64,000 nucleotides of DNA from a virus, in the IMG/VR virus record IMGVR_UViG_3300021256_000098. The stretch is one strand, 5' to 3'. Made by a program: the position numbers and the translations under genes. Below are positions 39,508-50,017 of this stretch, one piece after another (the first letter of the stretch is position 1; every line of letters begins with the position of its first letter). The notes beneath the pieces were generated by a model. It was not told the DNA's origin. It ran no database searches and saw nothing but the letters and a program-made list of their open reading frames with translations.

Positions 39508-42500
39508 ATGGATATAAAGATTAAATTCGACGACGAATGTATGCCACAGACTCCTACATTTGTACTTGCTACACGCAGCGGAGAGTATATTGGCGCGGTG
39601 CCTGCTGTTAATATTACGTGTAAAAACCCATGGAATGCTAATGCTGATTTAATGTTTCGAGTCTATAAATATGATAATGACGTAGAGTATCAATACTGGC
39701 ATGAATTAAAAGACTTTAGATTGGTTTGGTGTAGAGAATGGAATGCGTGGTTTGAGATTTCAGTAGAGTTAGAAGAAGCTCCTCATATATCAAAAATTAT
39801 TACTTGTACTTCTTTAGCAGAAGCAGAATTGGGACAAATCATGTTATATGAGACTGAAATCAATACTGAGGATGATATTGCTCGTTCTGATTATATACCG
39901 ACAGTGTTATATCAACCAGACAAACCGCGAGGTTCTTTATTAACGCGCATACTCAAAAAGGCTCCAAACTATATCATTGAACATGTAGATGACAGCATTA
40001 AAAATATCCAACGAACTTTTTCATTTCACGATGTGAGTATTTACGATGCTTTTCAAACTATTACAGAAGAAATAGATTGTATTGCGATCTTTCGCGCTTA
40101 TACTACAGATACAGGGGAAATTAAACGCTCTATATCTGTATATGATTTAGAAAATTCTTGTTCTGCATGTGGTGAACGAGGAACTTTTGAAGATATATGT
40201 CCAAAATGTGGCAGCACAAATATAACACCCGGATACGGAGAAGACACTACTGTTTTTGTTTCAGTAGATAATTTAGCTGATAATATTAACTACACTACGG
40301 ATGTAGGTTCTGTTAAGAATTGTTTCCGGTTAGAAGCTGGGGACGATTTAATGACTGCGGCGATTGTGGCTTGTAACCCGAATGGAACACAATATTTGTG
40401 GCATTTTTCGGACGATATGAAAAGCGATATGTCGCAAGCATTAGTAAAAAAAATCAACAACTATGACCAACTTTATCAATCATACCTCACCACCCACGAG
40501 ATTAGTATTGAAAACACTAAGTTATTGCAACAATATAACCAGATTGTTACGAAATATAATAATTTACATTCACAAAATTTTTCAACCATTGAATCGCCTT
40601 TGCATGGTTTTTCAGAACTAATGCGTGCGTACTACAATGTCATAGATTTTGATTTGTATTTATCCCACGGTATGATGCCATCCCCTCCCCCCGCTCCTGA
40701 TTCGGCTACCGAGCAAGCAACATTGTTAGAGACGGAGCATATGCCTGCTGTAGCTGTATTATCTATACCAAAGTGTACAGTTTCTACAGCATCAAGTGCG
40801 GTGCAGGCTATGGCTCGTGTAGTTGTAGACCCTCACTTCCAAGTTCGCGTCGGAGACAGTGCATTGAGTGATATAACAACAGAAGCATCTGGGGAGCAAT
40901 ATCGGCAATGGACAGGCACGTTTGTTATTACGAATTATGATGATGATACTGATACGGCTACAACTAATAGTATTTCTATTAGAATCACAAACGAATATAT
41001 AAGCTATGTTCAGCAACGTATGCAGTCTCTTTTGGATCGACACAGTGAAGACGCTTCAGATATTGTTACTTTATTTCAGTTACCCATTGCTAACTTTAAG
41101 CAAGAATTAAAAAAGTATGGACAAGCATCTTTGCAAATATTTTATGATGCTTGTCAGTCTTGTATGGATGTTTTAATTCAGCAACAGGCGTATGCTGATT
41201 ACACAGATGTAGCAACAAGTTATTATAACAATTATTATGAACGATTATCTGCTTTATCTGATGAATTAGCCGTGAGAGCATCGGAGATTGCTGTTGTGTC
41301 TGGACAACAGGTTGGAGTGGTTGCGGGGCATAGTATGTTAGAAATCTTACAGGCTAAACGCACCAAAATTCAAGCAGCACTAGATTTTGAAACTTATTTA
41401 GGTGAAAATTTATGGTTAGAATTTTCGTTATATAGACGAGAATGCTCGTTCTCGAACAGCAACTATATTTCTGATGGCTTAGATAATTTTCAGTTATTTC
41501 AACGCGCACAAGAGTTTTTTGATAAAGCATCCCAAGAGATTTATAAATCAGCCAATTTGCAACACTCTATTACCGCTACTCTAAAAAATTTGTTAGCTAT
41601 GGAAGAATTCAAACCTTTAGTTCAACATTTTCAGTGTGGTAATTGGATTCGTATTCGAGTCGATGACAATGTTTATCGTTTGCGTTTAATAAGTTATGAC
41701 ATAGATTTTGATGATTTAACACATATAACAGTTGAATTTTCAGATGTAAAGCAAGTTTCTAATGGTGTAACTGACGCAGAAAGTATTTTTGCACAAGCCA
41801 AACAAATGGCAACCTCTTACACTGCAACACAGAGACAGGCCAGTAAAGGCAATAAGAGCAGCCGACAAGTGCAAAATTGGGTAGACGATGGTTTATCATT
41901 AACTACCATGAAGATTGTGAATGATGCTAGTAATCAAGATATTGTTTATTCTGATAGTGGCATTACGTTACGCGAAAAAATCCCGTTCACCGACGAATAT
42001 GATCCGCGCCAAATTAAATTGATAAATCAAGGGTTGTATGTCACGAATGATAATTGGCAAACGTCCAGCGCAGGGGTTGGACACTTTTATTATTATGATC
42101 CTGCTACTGGAAACATCGTTGATGATTATGGTGTTATAGCAAATACTATTGTCGGTAACTTATTATTAGGTAAGAATTTAGGTATTTATAATTCAGACGG
42201 CAGTGTAACAGTTAATGAGAATGGATTGACTTTAACAACAAATACTGATGATGACCAATCGCAAAAAAATATCTTCACCATACAAAAAGAAACGGATAAT
42301 CAGGATGGCACAAAAACAACCATTCCCCTCTTATACATTGATGACGACGGAAACCTTGTCTTAAACGGTTCGATGAAAATTGTATCTGATATTGAAGGAG
42401 TTACTACACGTACCTTTGACGATGTCGCTGCGGATGTAGACGAGATCAAATCGCAAGACAGATATCGTGTTGAAACGGTTGTATCTGGTGTCAACATTTT

Positions 42501-42726
42501 TAATTCAAGAAACCAGAGCAGTCGCATGGAATGTCATGTGTATTCGTGGGATAAAGATATCACTGATACTATAAATGCTTCGTGCTTTGCGTGGCATCGT
42601 CATTCTGCGAACCCAAACTCAGACGCGACATGGGATGCCGCTCATAAAGGCATGAAATATATTGTTGTATCAACAGAAGATGTGTTTCAGAATGCGTCGT
42701 TTACGTGCGAGGTTACGTTAGAATAA
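39508..42726 (+). CDS. tail-associated lysin / baseplate hub (Tal)-like protein (1072 aa)
   Basis: Position after Dit. Large multi-domain protein. Confidence 0.45.
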   Translation: MDIKIKFDDECMPQTPTFVLATRSGEYIGAVPAVNITCKNPWNANADLMFRVYKYDNDVEYQYWHELKDFRLVWCREWNAWFEISVELEEAPHISKIITCTSLAEAELGQIMLYETEINTEDDIARSDYIPTVLYQPDKPRGSLLTRILKKAPNYIIEHVDDSIKNIQRTFSFHDVSIYDAFQTITEEIDCIAIFRAYTTDTGEIKRSISVYDLENSCSACGERGTFEDICPKCGSTNITPGYGEDTTVFVSVDNLADNINYTTDVGSVKNCFRLEAGDDLMTAAIVACNPNGTQYLWHFSDDMKSDMSQALVKKINNYDQLYQSYLTTHEISIENTKLLQQYNQIVTKYNNLHSQNFSTIESPLHGFSELMRAYYNVIDFDLYLSHGMMPSPPPAPDSATEQATLLETEHMPAVAVLSIPKCTVSTASSAVQAMARVVVDPHFQVRVGDSALSDITTEASGEQYRQWTGTFVITNYDDDTDTATTNSISIRITNEYISYVQQRMQSLLDRHSEDASDIVTLFQLPIANFKQELKKYGQASLQIFYDACQSCMDVLIQQQAYADYTDVATSYYNNYYERLSALSDELAVRASEIAVVSGQQVGVVAGHSMLEILQAKRTKIQAALDFETYLGENLWLEFSLYRRECSFSNSNYISDGLDNFQLFQRAQEFFDKASQEIYKSANLQHSITATLKNLLAMEEFKPLVQHFQCGNWIRIRVDDNVYRLRLISYDIDFDDLTHITVEFSDVKQVSNGVTDAESIFAQAKQMATSYTATQRQASKGNKSSRQVQNWVDDGLSLTTMKIVNDASNQDIVYSDSGITLREKIPFTDEYDPRQIKLINQGLYVTNDNWQTSSAGVGHFYYYDPATGNIVDDYGVIANTIVGNLLLGKNLGIYNSDGSVTVNENGLTLTTNTDDDQSQKNIFTIQKETDNQDGTKTTIPLLYIDDDGNLVLNGSMKIVSDIEGVTTRTFDDVAADVDEIKSQDRYRVETVVSGVNIFNSRNQSSRMECHVYSWDKDITDTINASCFAWHRHSANPNSDATWDAAHKGMKYIVVSTEDVFQNASFTCEVTLE

Positions 42727-42869
42727 TTGAGTCAATTACCCACCCACTAAAGTGAGTGGGCTTGTAACTCCCCAGTAGTGCGAACGTCTTGTGACTCCTA
42801 CCTTTGGCTTATCTGATTACTCAGATAGTGGGGTTACATCGCAGGGTGATTGACTGCACCCTTATCATC

Positions 42870-44030
42870 TCAGACGTGCTGAGATGATACTGTATCCGGT
42901 ACTTGACTATCCTTTGCAAGATAGTTGATTCCCATGCGATACAGATTCATTGCTCCGATACGGTCATCATTGGACGTGTAACCGCAAGATTTACAGCAGA
43001 AGATATGCTTATTTTTATCACGGTTAGACTTTTCCGTGTGACCGCAAACAGGACAGGTCTGGCTCGTATAACGAGGGTCTACGTTAATTACTAGACTCTC
43101 GTTGAGCGCAGCCTTATACTTTAACTTCTTCTCCAGGTCGTAAAACGACCAAGATACGGTAACATAACGGTCTTTGCGACGCACCTTCTCTGTGGCAGAA
43201 CGAACGCCGGACAGGTCCTCTAAGACAAAGAGCGTGTGCTTCGGGTTAGACTCAACGAGTGCCTTTGATACACAATGGTTTACATCCTGCATCCAACGGT
43301 TTTCTCGCTGACCGATAGCTTTTAGCCTTCGTCTTGCAGAAGGAGTCTGTCTTTGCTGAAGTTCCTTGCGGAGCTGTTTGTACTTAGCACGTTTTTGCTT
43401 AATATTCCTGCCGCTTACAAAGCCGGACTTATGTTTGCTGTCATAGGTTGCAACGACAAAGTTAATACCCCTGTCTACGCCGACAACATTACAAACGTCG
43501 CAATCCAAGGCTTCAAGGATATCTCTGGTAACTGGGATATGCAGAAAATACTTGCCATGCTTTTTCACAAGTTTGGCAGTGCCAAAGGAGTAGATATCGT
43601 GGTCAAAGTATTTCTCCATGCCACCAGAATAGTATGGCAGCTTCACACGACCGCTAAGTGTATTTACAGAGAACAAGTTCTGCGTAAGAGAATAGTCTCT
43701 ATTCCACACAAGGTCGTATTGAGGATTAGAAAAATCTGGCTTAATCCATTCATGTTGGTTTTCTAAGATGGTTTTGTATCTTGCAATAACCGTCTTAAAA
43801 ACAGATTGTGCCATCTGGGATTTTAAGCCATAGCGCTTACGGAGATCATAATACAATGCCTTATTAAGCGAAAACTGCTTCAGGTCATGCGTCTGGAAGA
43901 TGTAATTTGCCACAAAGTTACACGCACTGCGATAGGTGTCCATAGTAACATCCAACAGCTCACGCTGTTCGGGTGCAACTCGGACCTGAATCTTTGCAGT
44001 AGTAGTGATTTGCATCAGTAACATCTCCAT
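42870..44030 (-). CDS. tnpB: TnpB (OrfB) RuvC-like RNA-guided nuclease of an IS200/IS605 element
   Basis: GVDRG, VLEDL and C-terminal CPVCGH...CCKSCG zinc-finger motifs. 386 aa. Confidence 0.9.
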   Translation of the reverse strand: MEMLLMQITTTAKIQVRVAPEQRELLDVTMDTYRSACNFVANYIFQTHDLKQFSLNKALYYDLRKRYGLKSQMAQSVFKTVIARYKTILENQHEWIKPDFSNPQYDLVWNRDYSLTQNLFSVNTLSGRVKLPYYSGGMEKYFDHDIYSFGTAKLVKKHGKYFLHIPVTRDILEALDCDVCNVVGVDRGINFVVATYDSKHKSGFVSGRNIKQKRAKYKQLRKELQQRQTPSARRRLKAIGQRENRWMQDVNHCVSKALVESNPKHTLFVLEDLSGVRSATEKVRRKDRYVTVSWSFYDLEKKLKYKAALNESLVINVDPRYTSQTCPVCGHTEKSNRDKNKHIFCCKSCGYTSNDDRIGAMNLYRMGINYLAKDSQVPDTVSSQHV

Positions 44031-44098
44031 TCATTGTATTTCACTATAAATTATTATAGCATGGATTTAGTGAATACACAATAGGAGGAACTAAATTT

Positions 44099-44503
44099 AT
44101 GCAAAACCGCTATAATCGCAGAAATAGACGCAAATACAATCTTAAAGTGCATATCGTACTTGTGACCAAGTATAGGAAAGCGTTGTTGCAGAATGGTATC
44201 GACGACTTCGTAAAACGTGCTATAAGCTATCTCGCAGACCAAAACGACTGGACAATTATCGTTATGGAAACGGACAAGGATCACGTTCACATACTTCTGG
44301 AATATGACGCAACAGAACGCATCTGTGACATCATCAGCATCATCAAACAGAGAACAACACATTGGCTCTGGACACGCTACAGAAATATATTAAATAAGCA
44401 ATACTGGGAAAAACACATCTTCTGGTCAGACGGATACTTTGCCTGTAGTATTGGAGAAGTATCATCTGCAACCATTGAAAAGTATATAGCCGAACAAGGC
44501 TAA
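44099..44503 (+). CDS. tnpA: IS200-type Y1 (HUH) transposase TnpA
   Basis: HVHILL HUH motif and a C-terminal Tyr region. 134 aa. Confidence 0.85.
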   Translation: MQNRYNRRNRRKYNLKVHIVLVTKYRKALLQNGIDDFVKRAISYLADQNDWTIIVMETDKDHVHILLEYDATERICDIISIIKQRTTHWLWTRYRNILNKQYWEKHIFWSDGYFACSIGEVSSATIEKYIAEQG

Positions 44504-44583
44504 GAAAGGAGAAAGCGGCTCCTCCCACCTGCTAAAGCAAGTGGGTTTCCGCCGCTAAATGATTTTATGAAAGGATTATATAA

Positions 44584-46398
44584 ATGGCTATTTTAACCAG
44601 TTCTCCGCAGACATTTATTGATATTACCGATCAACGTAAATTATCTGCGTATATAACTGCTAATTTGCCGAAAGTACAAACGGAAGACCCGAATGTGTTA
44701 CCGCATGAATACGAGCCGGATTGGACAACGACAAAACTTAAATTAACGCCCGTAGTGTTCCTCGACCAAACTGAAATTGGTCTTAAAGAAACCGGCTTAA
44801 CTATCTCATGGAAACGTAAAGATGGTTCTGGCGCGGAAACATCATTAGTGTCCGGCGAATCTGTCAGTAATGGTATTTTGACAATTTCTAAAAATGTACT
44901 ACCTACTTCAAGTAGTGGCATGATTACTTATCTTTGTCATATTAGTTTTTACGACAGTGAAACGCAAAGCACTGTAAAGATTACATCTGATTTGACTTTT
45001 ACTCTTGTCAAAAACGCATCTAATGCAAGATTAGCTTATGTGACTGCTGACACTTATGTATTCAAATATAATACAAATTCGACTTTAGTTGGAGCAAAAC
45101 AGGCTACTCTGAGCGGACAAGTACAAGGTGTGCAAATTTCTAAATGGCAATATAAAAATAGTTCAGGTAATTGGGTGGATTATCCGACCACTTCTGATAA
45201 CGATAATATCACAAGTGATACTCTAATCGTGAAACCAACTCATGCAGTATTTGTGAGCAATGTTGCTCAAATTAAATTAGTAACGGATGATGCAGATGTT
45301 TTTGATACTATTAGCATTACAAAGTTATATGATGGAGCGCAAGGCAGCGGTGGCGTAGGAGGTTTATCTGTAGTTCTCGGAAACGAAGCACAGACTATTG
45401 CGTGCACGAAGGATGGCTTAGTTGAATCTGCTTTTAACATTGAAATACCTTTTTCTGCTTATCAAGGTACAACTCAGATTGCATGTTCATGTACGGTTGG
45501 TACTTTGCCTTCTGGTATAACAATTAAAACCAATACTGCGGCTACAGCAAGTGCCGCAGGTAAATTGATTCTAGCGGTAGAAGCCAATGGGACATTAGGT
45601 GGTAAGAATGTCGTAAATGGTTCTATTACTCTTACTTTTGCTGTTTCTGATAAATCTGTCGTTAAGAATTTTACATGGTCTAAATCAACGAAAGGCGCAA
45701 CGGGAGAACCGGGTGCGGCCGGTAAAAACGCGGTCGTTTTCTCTGTTTATGCTCCTAATGGAACAATCGTTCAGAATCAATCTGGTTCTATTACATTGGC
45801 GACTGCTGCATACGACGGCGGCGATGAAATTACGTCCGACGCGACATACCAATGGGCGAAATATGTAAGTGGCAAATGGACAAATATCAGTGGCGCAACG
45901 TCCGCTACATTAAGTGTGTCTGGCAGCGATATTGTTAATATTCAATCGTATCGTTGTACCATGACATATTCTGGGACTACTTATAAAGACATTATTACAG
46001 TAGAAGATAAGTCTGACCCGTATGTATCTGAAATGTTGAGTATTGGTGGTTTTACAGTCAAAAACGGACAAGGTGGATTAGTGCCGTATGTCATTGTTCG
46101 TACAAACCAAAAAGAGGTAGATGCTCTTAAAGGTATTATAAGTACAACAGCACCAAGTAATCCAACAACTGGAACATTTTGGTACGCTATAGATCACAGT
46201 GCTAAAACTGTGACATTAAAAAAATATTCTGGTTCAGCGTGGAAAAACGCAACAGAAAAACAGTCTTTAACTTATACATGGTACAAACAAGATAAAAATG
46301 GCAATGCAGTTACCTTCAATAAGACCGGTAAAGTAATTTATTTATCAGCCGATGATATAGATGTGTTGGCAACTTTGCAATGCGACGTGACACAGTGA
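44584..46398 (+). CDS. tail fibre / receptor-binding structural protein (604 aa, Ser/Thr-rich beta-rich repeats)
   Basis: Position in the tail module; composition. Confidence 0.45.
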   Translation: MAILTSSPQTFIDITDQRKLSAYITANLPKVQTEDPNVLPHEYEPDWTTTKLKLTPVVFLDQTEIGLKETGLTISWKRKDGSGAETSLVSGESVSNGILTISKNVLPTSSSGMITYLCHISFYDSETQSTVKITSDLTFTLVKNASNARLAYVTADTYVFKYNTNSTLVGAKQATLSGQVQGVQISKWQYKNSSGNWVDYPTTSDNDNITSDTLIVKPTHAVFVSNVAQIKLVTDDADVFDTISITKLYDGAQGSGGVGGLSVVLGNEAQTIACTKDGLVESAFNIEIPFSAYQGTTQIACSCTVGTLPSGITIKTNTAATASAAGKLILAVEANGTLGGKNVVNGSITLTFAVSDKSVVKNFTWSKSTKGATGEPGAAGKNAVVFSVYAPNGTIVQNQSGSITLATAAYDGGDEITSDATYQWAKYVSGKWTNISGATSATLSVSGSDIVNIQSYRCTMTYSGTTYKDIITVEDKSDPYVSEMLSIGGFTVKNGQGGLVPYVIVRTNQKEVDALKGIISTTAPSNPTTGTFWYAIDHSAKTVTLKKYSGSAWKNATEKQSLTYTWYKQDKNGNAVTFNKTGKVIYLSADDIDVLATLQCDVTQ

Positions 46399-46406
46399 GG
46401 TGAAGT

Positions 46407-49400
46407 ATGTCAATTTTAACATCTTGTCAAAACACATTTATGGATTTAACCGATCCTGTTGGAATTAGTAATGTTTCGGAACATTATGCTGTATCTTCCT
46501 CTAATAGTACGCCCCCAACAAAATGGTACGACACGCCGCAGACCATGACGATCACGAATAAATATTTGTGGAATTACGAAACAATTACTTACTCTAACAA
46601 CACAACCAAAGATACGGATAAACGTGTTATTGGTGTTTATGGTAGTACCGGTAAAGGCATTTCTAAAGTTACAAATTATTATCTTGCGACTTCTTCATCA
46701 TCTGGAATTACAACATCAACATCTGGATGGTCAGAAGACGCTGAATCCCAAAATGTCACGCCGTCTAAAAAGTATTTGTGGAACTACGAGAAACTAACAT
46801 ACACGGATAATAGCATATACTCTACCGATCCATGTATCATAGGAGCATATGGTGAAAAAGGGGACAAAGGTGATCGCGGTACAGCCGGAACGACCTCGAA
46901 TCTGCTGCTAGACGTCTACGCGTCCACGCTGAAAAAGGTTGACGCACCGGCTGACCGGTATCTGTCGAACAGCAAAAACACAAACACAACCGGCGCGTTT
47001 GTAGCGGCAAGTGATCTGCCCGACCCGAATGCCACACATGTGTACCGCGTTACCTCGACGGACGGGAAACAAAGAATGCTGTGTTGGTACGCTAGTGGAC
47101 ATCCCCCACTGCTTGTTGGCGCAACCTACCGTCTGTCGTGTTACGCAAAAGCCAACAGCGGAAGTCCGAAGCTGCGCTTTGAGATCAACAGTGTCGGGCA
47201 CAAAACCTTTGACATCACGGACGAGTGGAAACGGTATGAATTTACCAAAACGATACCGATTTACGACAGCACACCTCCCGACACTTATCTGCGAGTATAT
47301 TTTGGATTAGGTGATTCATCCAACGCATGTGAGTTGGACCTGTGCGGATTTCGTGTAGAGCAAGTATCGGATGGCATATTTGGACTTGCTGAACACTATG
47401 CGGTATCGTCTTCTAATACCACTGCTCCGAGTACATGGTATGACACCCCGCAAACCATGACCCCCACTAAGAAATACCTGTGGAATTACGAGACGGTCAC
47501 TTACGCGGACGGAACGACTAAAGACACCACGAAACGTGTCATCGGTGTGTATGGTAATACAGGCAATCCGGGAGTCGCAGGTAAAGGAATATCTGCGGTC
47601 ACGAACTACTATCTTGCAACCGCATCATCTTCTGGTGTAACGACTACTACTTCTGGATGGACAACTACAGTACAAAATGTAACTTCATCTAAGAAATATT
47701 TATGGAACTATGAAAAGTTAACGTATACAGACAGTTCCACATATTCTACTGACCCGTGTATCATAGGAGCATATGGTGACACAGGAACGCGAGGAGCCAC
47801 ATGGTATGCAGGAACAGCGATTTCCGGAGGTAGTTCGGTATCTGCAAAGGTGTTTGATAACTCTGGTATAACCTCTGCTATCGTAGGAGATGTTTACTTA
47901 AACACGAGCACTCAAGACACATACAAGTGTGTTAAAGCAGGAAATGCAGCAACCGCACAGTGGACATATTTGAGTAATATCAAGGGCGCAACAGGATCGC
48001 CTGGAGGAAAAGGCACAGACGGGAAAACCGCATATTTTCACGTCAAGTATAGCAATGATGGTGGAAAAACTTTTACAGGAAATTCTGGAGAAGACCCCGG
48101 TACTTATATTGGTACATATACTGATAATACATCTGCGGATAGTACGTCTGTTTCAAAATATACTTGGGTGAAAATTGAAGGCGAAGACGGTGTTAGTCCA
48201 ACTGTGTCTACGTCAAAATCTGGCGCCACAACAACTATTACAATTAAAGACGCACAAGGAATAAAAACAGCAACCGTAAAAGACGGGGACAAGGGTGACA
48301 AAGGTGATAAGGGAACATCGGGTATGAGCGCAAATTTGCTGATGGACGTTTATGCGTCTACACTAACAAAAATCGACGCACCGGCTGACCGGTATCTGTC
48401 GAACAGCATAAACACAAACACAACCGGCGCGTTTGTAGCGGCAAGTGATCTGCCAGACCCGAATGCTACGCATTTGTTCCGTATTACCTCTACTGACGGG
48501 AAAACTCGCATGTTATGCTGGTACGCTGGCACACACCCCCCGCTGTTTACAGGGGCGACCTATCGCCTGTCATGTTATGCGAAGGCAAATTCCGGCAATC
48601 CGAAGTTGCGTTTATTTGTTAATGGAGTTGAGACAAAAACAGTTAACACTACCTCAGAATGGAAACGATATGAATTAACGGTAACTGTATCGGAATACGA
48701 TGGAACTCCAGATAGTAATTACCTTCGTGTTTATTTCGGACTAGCTACATCGTCGGGCGCGTGTGAGTTGGATATGTGCGGATTCCGCGTTGAACAAGTA
48801 TCAGAGGATATTTTAGATATCAAAGATACTGCTAGTAGAGCATTAACTTCTGCTGACGGAAAAAATAAAGTGTTTTATCAAAAGACAGCTCCGACTTCTG
48901 GCATGAAAACGAATGATGTATGGTTCAATACAAAAAAAGACAAAGACCATACTATGAATGTTTATGATGGAACACAGTGGGTGTTGCATAAGGCTGGAAC
49001 AACGTCAATTTCACAAGGAGCAATCACTACAGATTTACTCGCTGCGAATGCTGTAACGGCAGATAAAATATTGGCAGGAGAAATTGGGACAGACCAATTA
49101 GCTGCGAATGCTGTGACAGCTGCAAAAATAAATGTAAAGGATTTGTTTGCACAAAATATCGAAGCAACAGGAACAATCAAGGGTTTAACATTAGAGGGTG
49201 CACAAATTCGCGGAAAACAAATTGATATATGTAATTTGCCTGCGGGCGATTATGACGTATTAGAGCCGCGCTGCTCTATATCTACAAACACAGACACGAA
49301 TAGTTTGGTCTTAGAAGCCAAAGAGGGTGGCTCTACAAATGCTAAATCAATACAAATCAATCCATATAATATATACATTGGCTCCCCAAAAGGAGGAGAC

Positions 49401-49892
49401 ATTATCCTTGCAGGCGAGACTGAATTCACAGAAACCCCTTATGTTTTAAAAGGGGGAGTCGTTTATCCCATAGACGCTTGTATCACTGGAATATACTTGG
49501 ATGGGGTGATAGAGACTTGGCGATATGAGTGGCATATAGGCGGTAGACTTCGTTTAACTATGAAGATTCCAGTAAACCCTGCTGTTAAAACCGCTTTGGG
49601 TAATAGCTATCGTAGTGGGTACTGTTATACTCCATCTGATTATAAATACCCATCATCTATTCTAGATCCAAACACTGACCTAGACGTTGCCATAAAATTC
49701 TCTCAAGTTCCTGTTGTGCAGATGACATTTACCCCGACTAACAATCAAGGTGCATTCGTTTGGGCTACCGACTCTGGAACAACAACAACTCCCCCTCATT
49801 GTTATTTAGTTCGTCCTACCAGTTCAGATAGCGTACAGGGATGGATTAACATTATTGTTGATGGAGAGTGGGAATACACAAATACTGAATAA
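46407..49892 (+). CDS. large tail fibre / receptor-binding protein (1161 aa) with 2 copies of the carbohydrate-binding-like module, 2 copies of a ~140-aa KYLWNYE module and collagen-like G-X-Y triplets
   Basis: Internal duplications are visible at both protein and nucleotide level. GDKGDKGDKG runs. Confidence 0.55.
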   Translation: MSILTSCQNTFMDLTDPVGISNVSEHYAVSSSNSTPPTKWYDTPQTMTITNKYLWNYETITYSNNTTKDTDKRVIGVYGSTGKGISKVTNYYLATSSSSGITTSTSGWSEDAESQNVTPSKKYLWNYEKLTYTDNSIYSTDPCIIGAYGEKGDKGDRGTAGTTSNLLLDVYASTLKKVDAPADRYLSNSKNTNTTGAFVAASDLPDPNATHVYRVTSTDGKQRMLCWYASGHPPLLVGATYRLSCYAKANSGSPKLRFEINSVGHKTFDITDEWKRYEFTKTIPIYDSTPPDTYLRVYFGLGDSSNACELDLCGFRVEQVSDGIFGLAEHYAVSSSNTTAPSTWYDTPQTMTPTKKYLWNYETVTYADGTTKDTTKRVIGVYGNTGNPGVAGKGISAVTNYYLATASSSGVTTTTSGWTTTVQNVTSSKKYLWNYEKLTYTDSSTYSTDPCIIGAYGDTGTRGATWYAGTAISGGSSVSAKVFDNSGITSAIVGDVYLNTSTQDTYKCVKAGNAATAQWTYLSNIKGATGSPGGKGTDGKTAYFHVKYSNDGGKTFTGNSGEDPGTYIGTYTDNTSADSTSVSKYTWVKIEGEDGVSPTVSTSKSGATTTITIKDAQGIKTATVKDGDKGDKGDKGTSGMSANLLMDVYASTLTKIDAPADRYLSNSINTNTTGAFVAASDLPDPNATHLFRITSTDGKTRMLCWYAGTHPPLFTGATYRLSCYAKANSGNPKLRLFVNGVETKTVNTTSEWKRYELTVTVSEYDGTPDSNYLRVYFGLATSSGACELDMCGFRVEQVSEDILDIKDTASRALTSADGKNKVFYQKTAPTSGMKTNDVWFNTKKDKDHTMNVYDGTQWVLHKAGTTSISQGAITTDLLAANAVTADKILAGEIGTDQLAANAVTAAKINVKDLFAQNIEATGTIKGLTLEGAQIRGKQIDICNLPAGDYDVLEPRCSISTNTDTNSLVLEAKEGGSTNAKSIQINPYNIYIGSPKGGDIILAGETEFTETPYVLKGGVVYPIDACITGIYLDGVIETWRYEWHIGGRLRLTMKIPVNPAVKTALGNSYRSGYCYTPSDYKYPSSILDPNTDLDVAIKFSQVPVVQMTFTPTNNQGAFVWATDSGTTTTPPHCYLVRPTSSDSVQGWINIIVDGEWEYTNTE

Positions 49893-50017
49893 AAAATTAA
49901 GGTTATATCCCCTATTTGTAATCAGACTTCAAAAGAGGTGATTGGTCTTTTATTTTTGATGCTTTAAGTTGTTAAATAAGAGTTTTTAACAATCCACTAC
50001 CCTATTTATAAAAAGCG

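Larger units (their letters stand above)
42749..44575. mobile_element. IS200/IS605-family insertion sequence (divergent tnpA and tnpB) with sub-terminal hairpins at both ends
   Basis: Hairpins cccacccactaaagtgagtggg (42753-42775) and cccacctgctaaagcaagtggg (44542-44563), in the same orientation, bracket the tnpB/tnpA pair. Boundaries are approximate. Confidence 0.75.

Noticed and set aside
43353-43766. 137-aa plus-strand ORF inside tnpB
   Set aside because: It is antisense to a well-supported TnpB gene and has no motifs.
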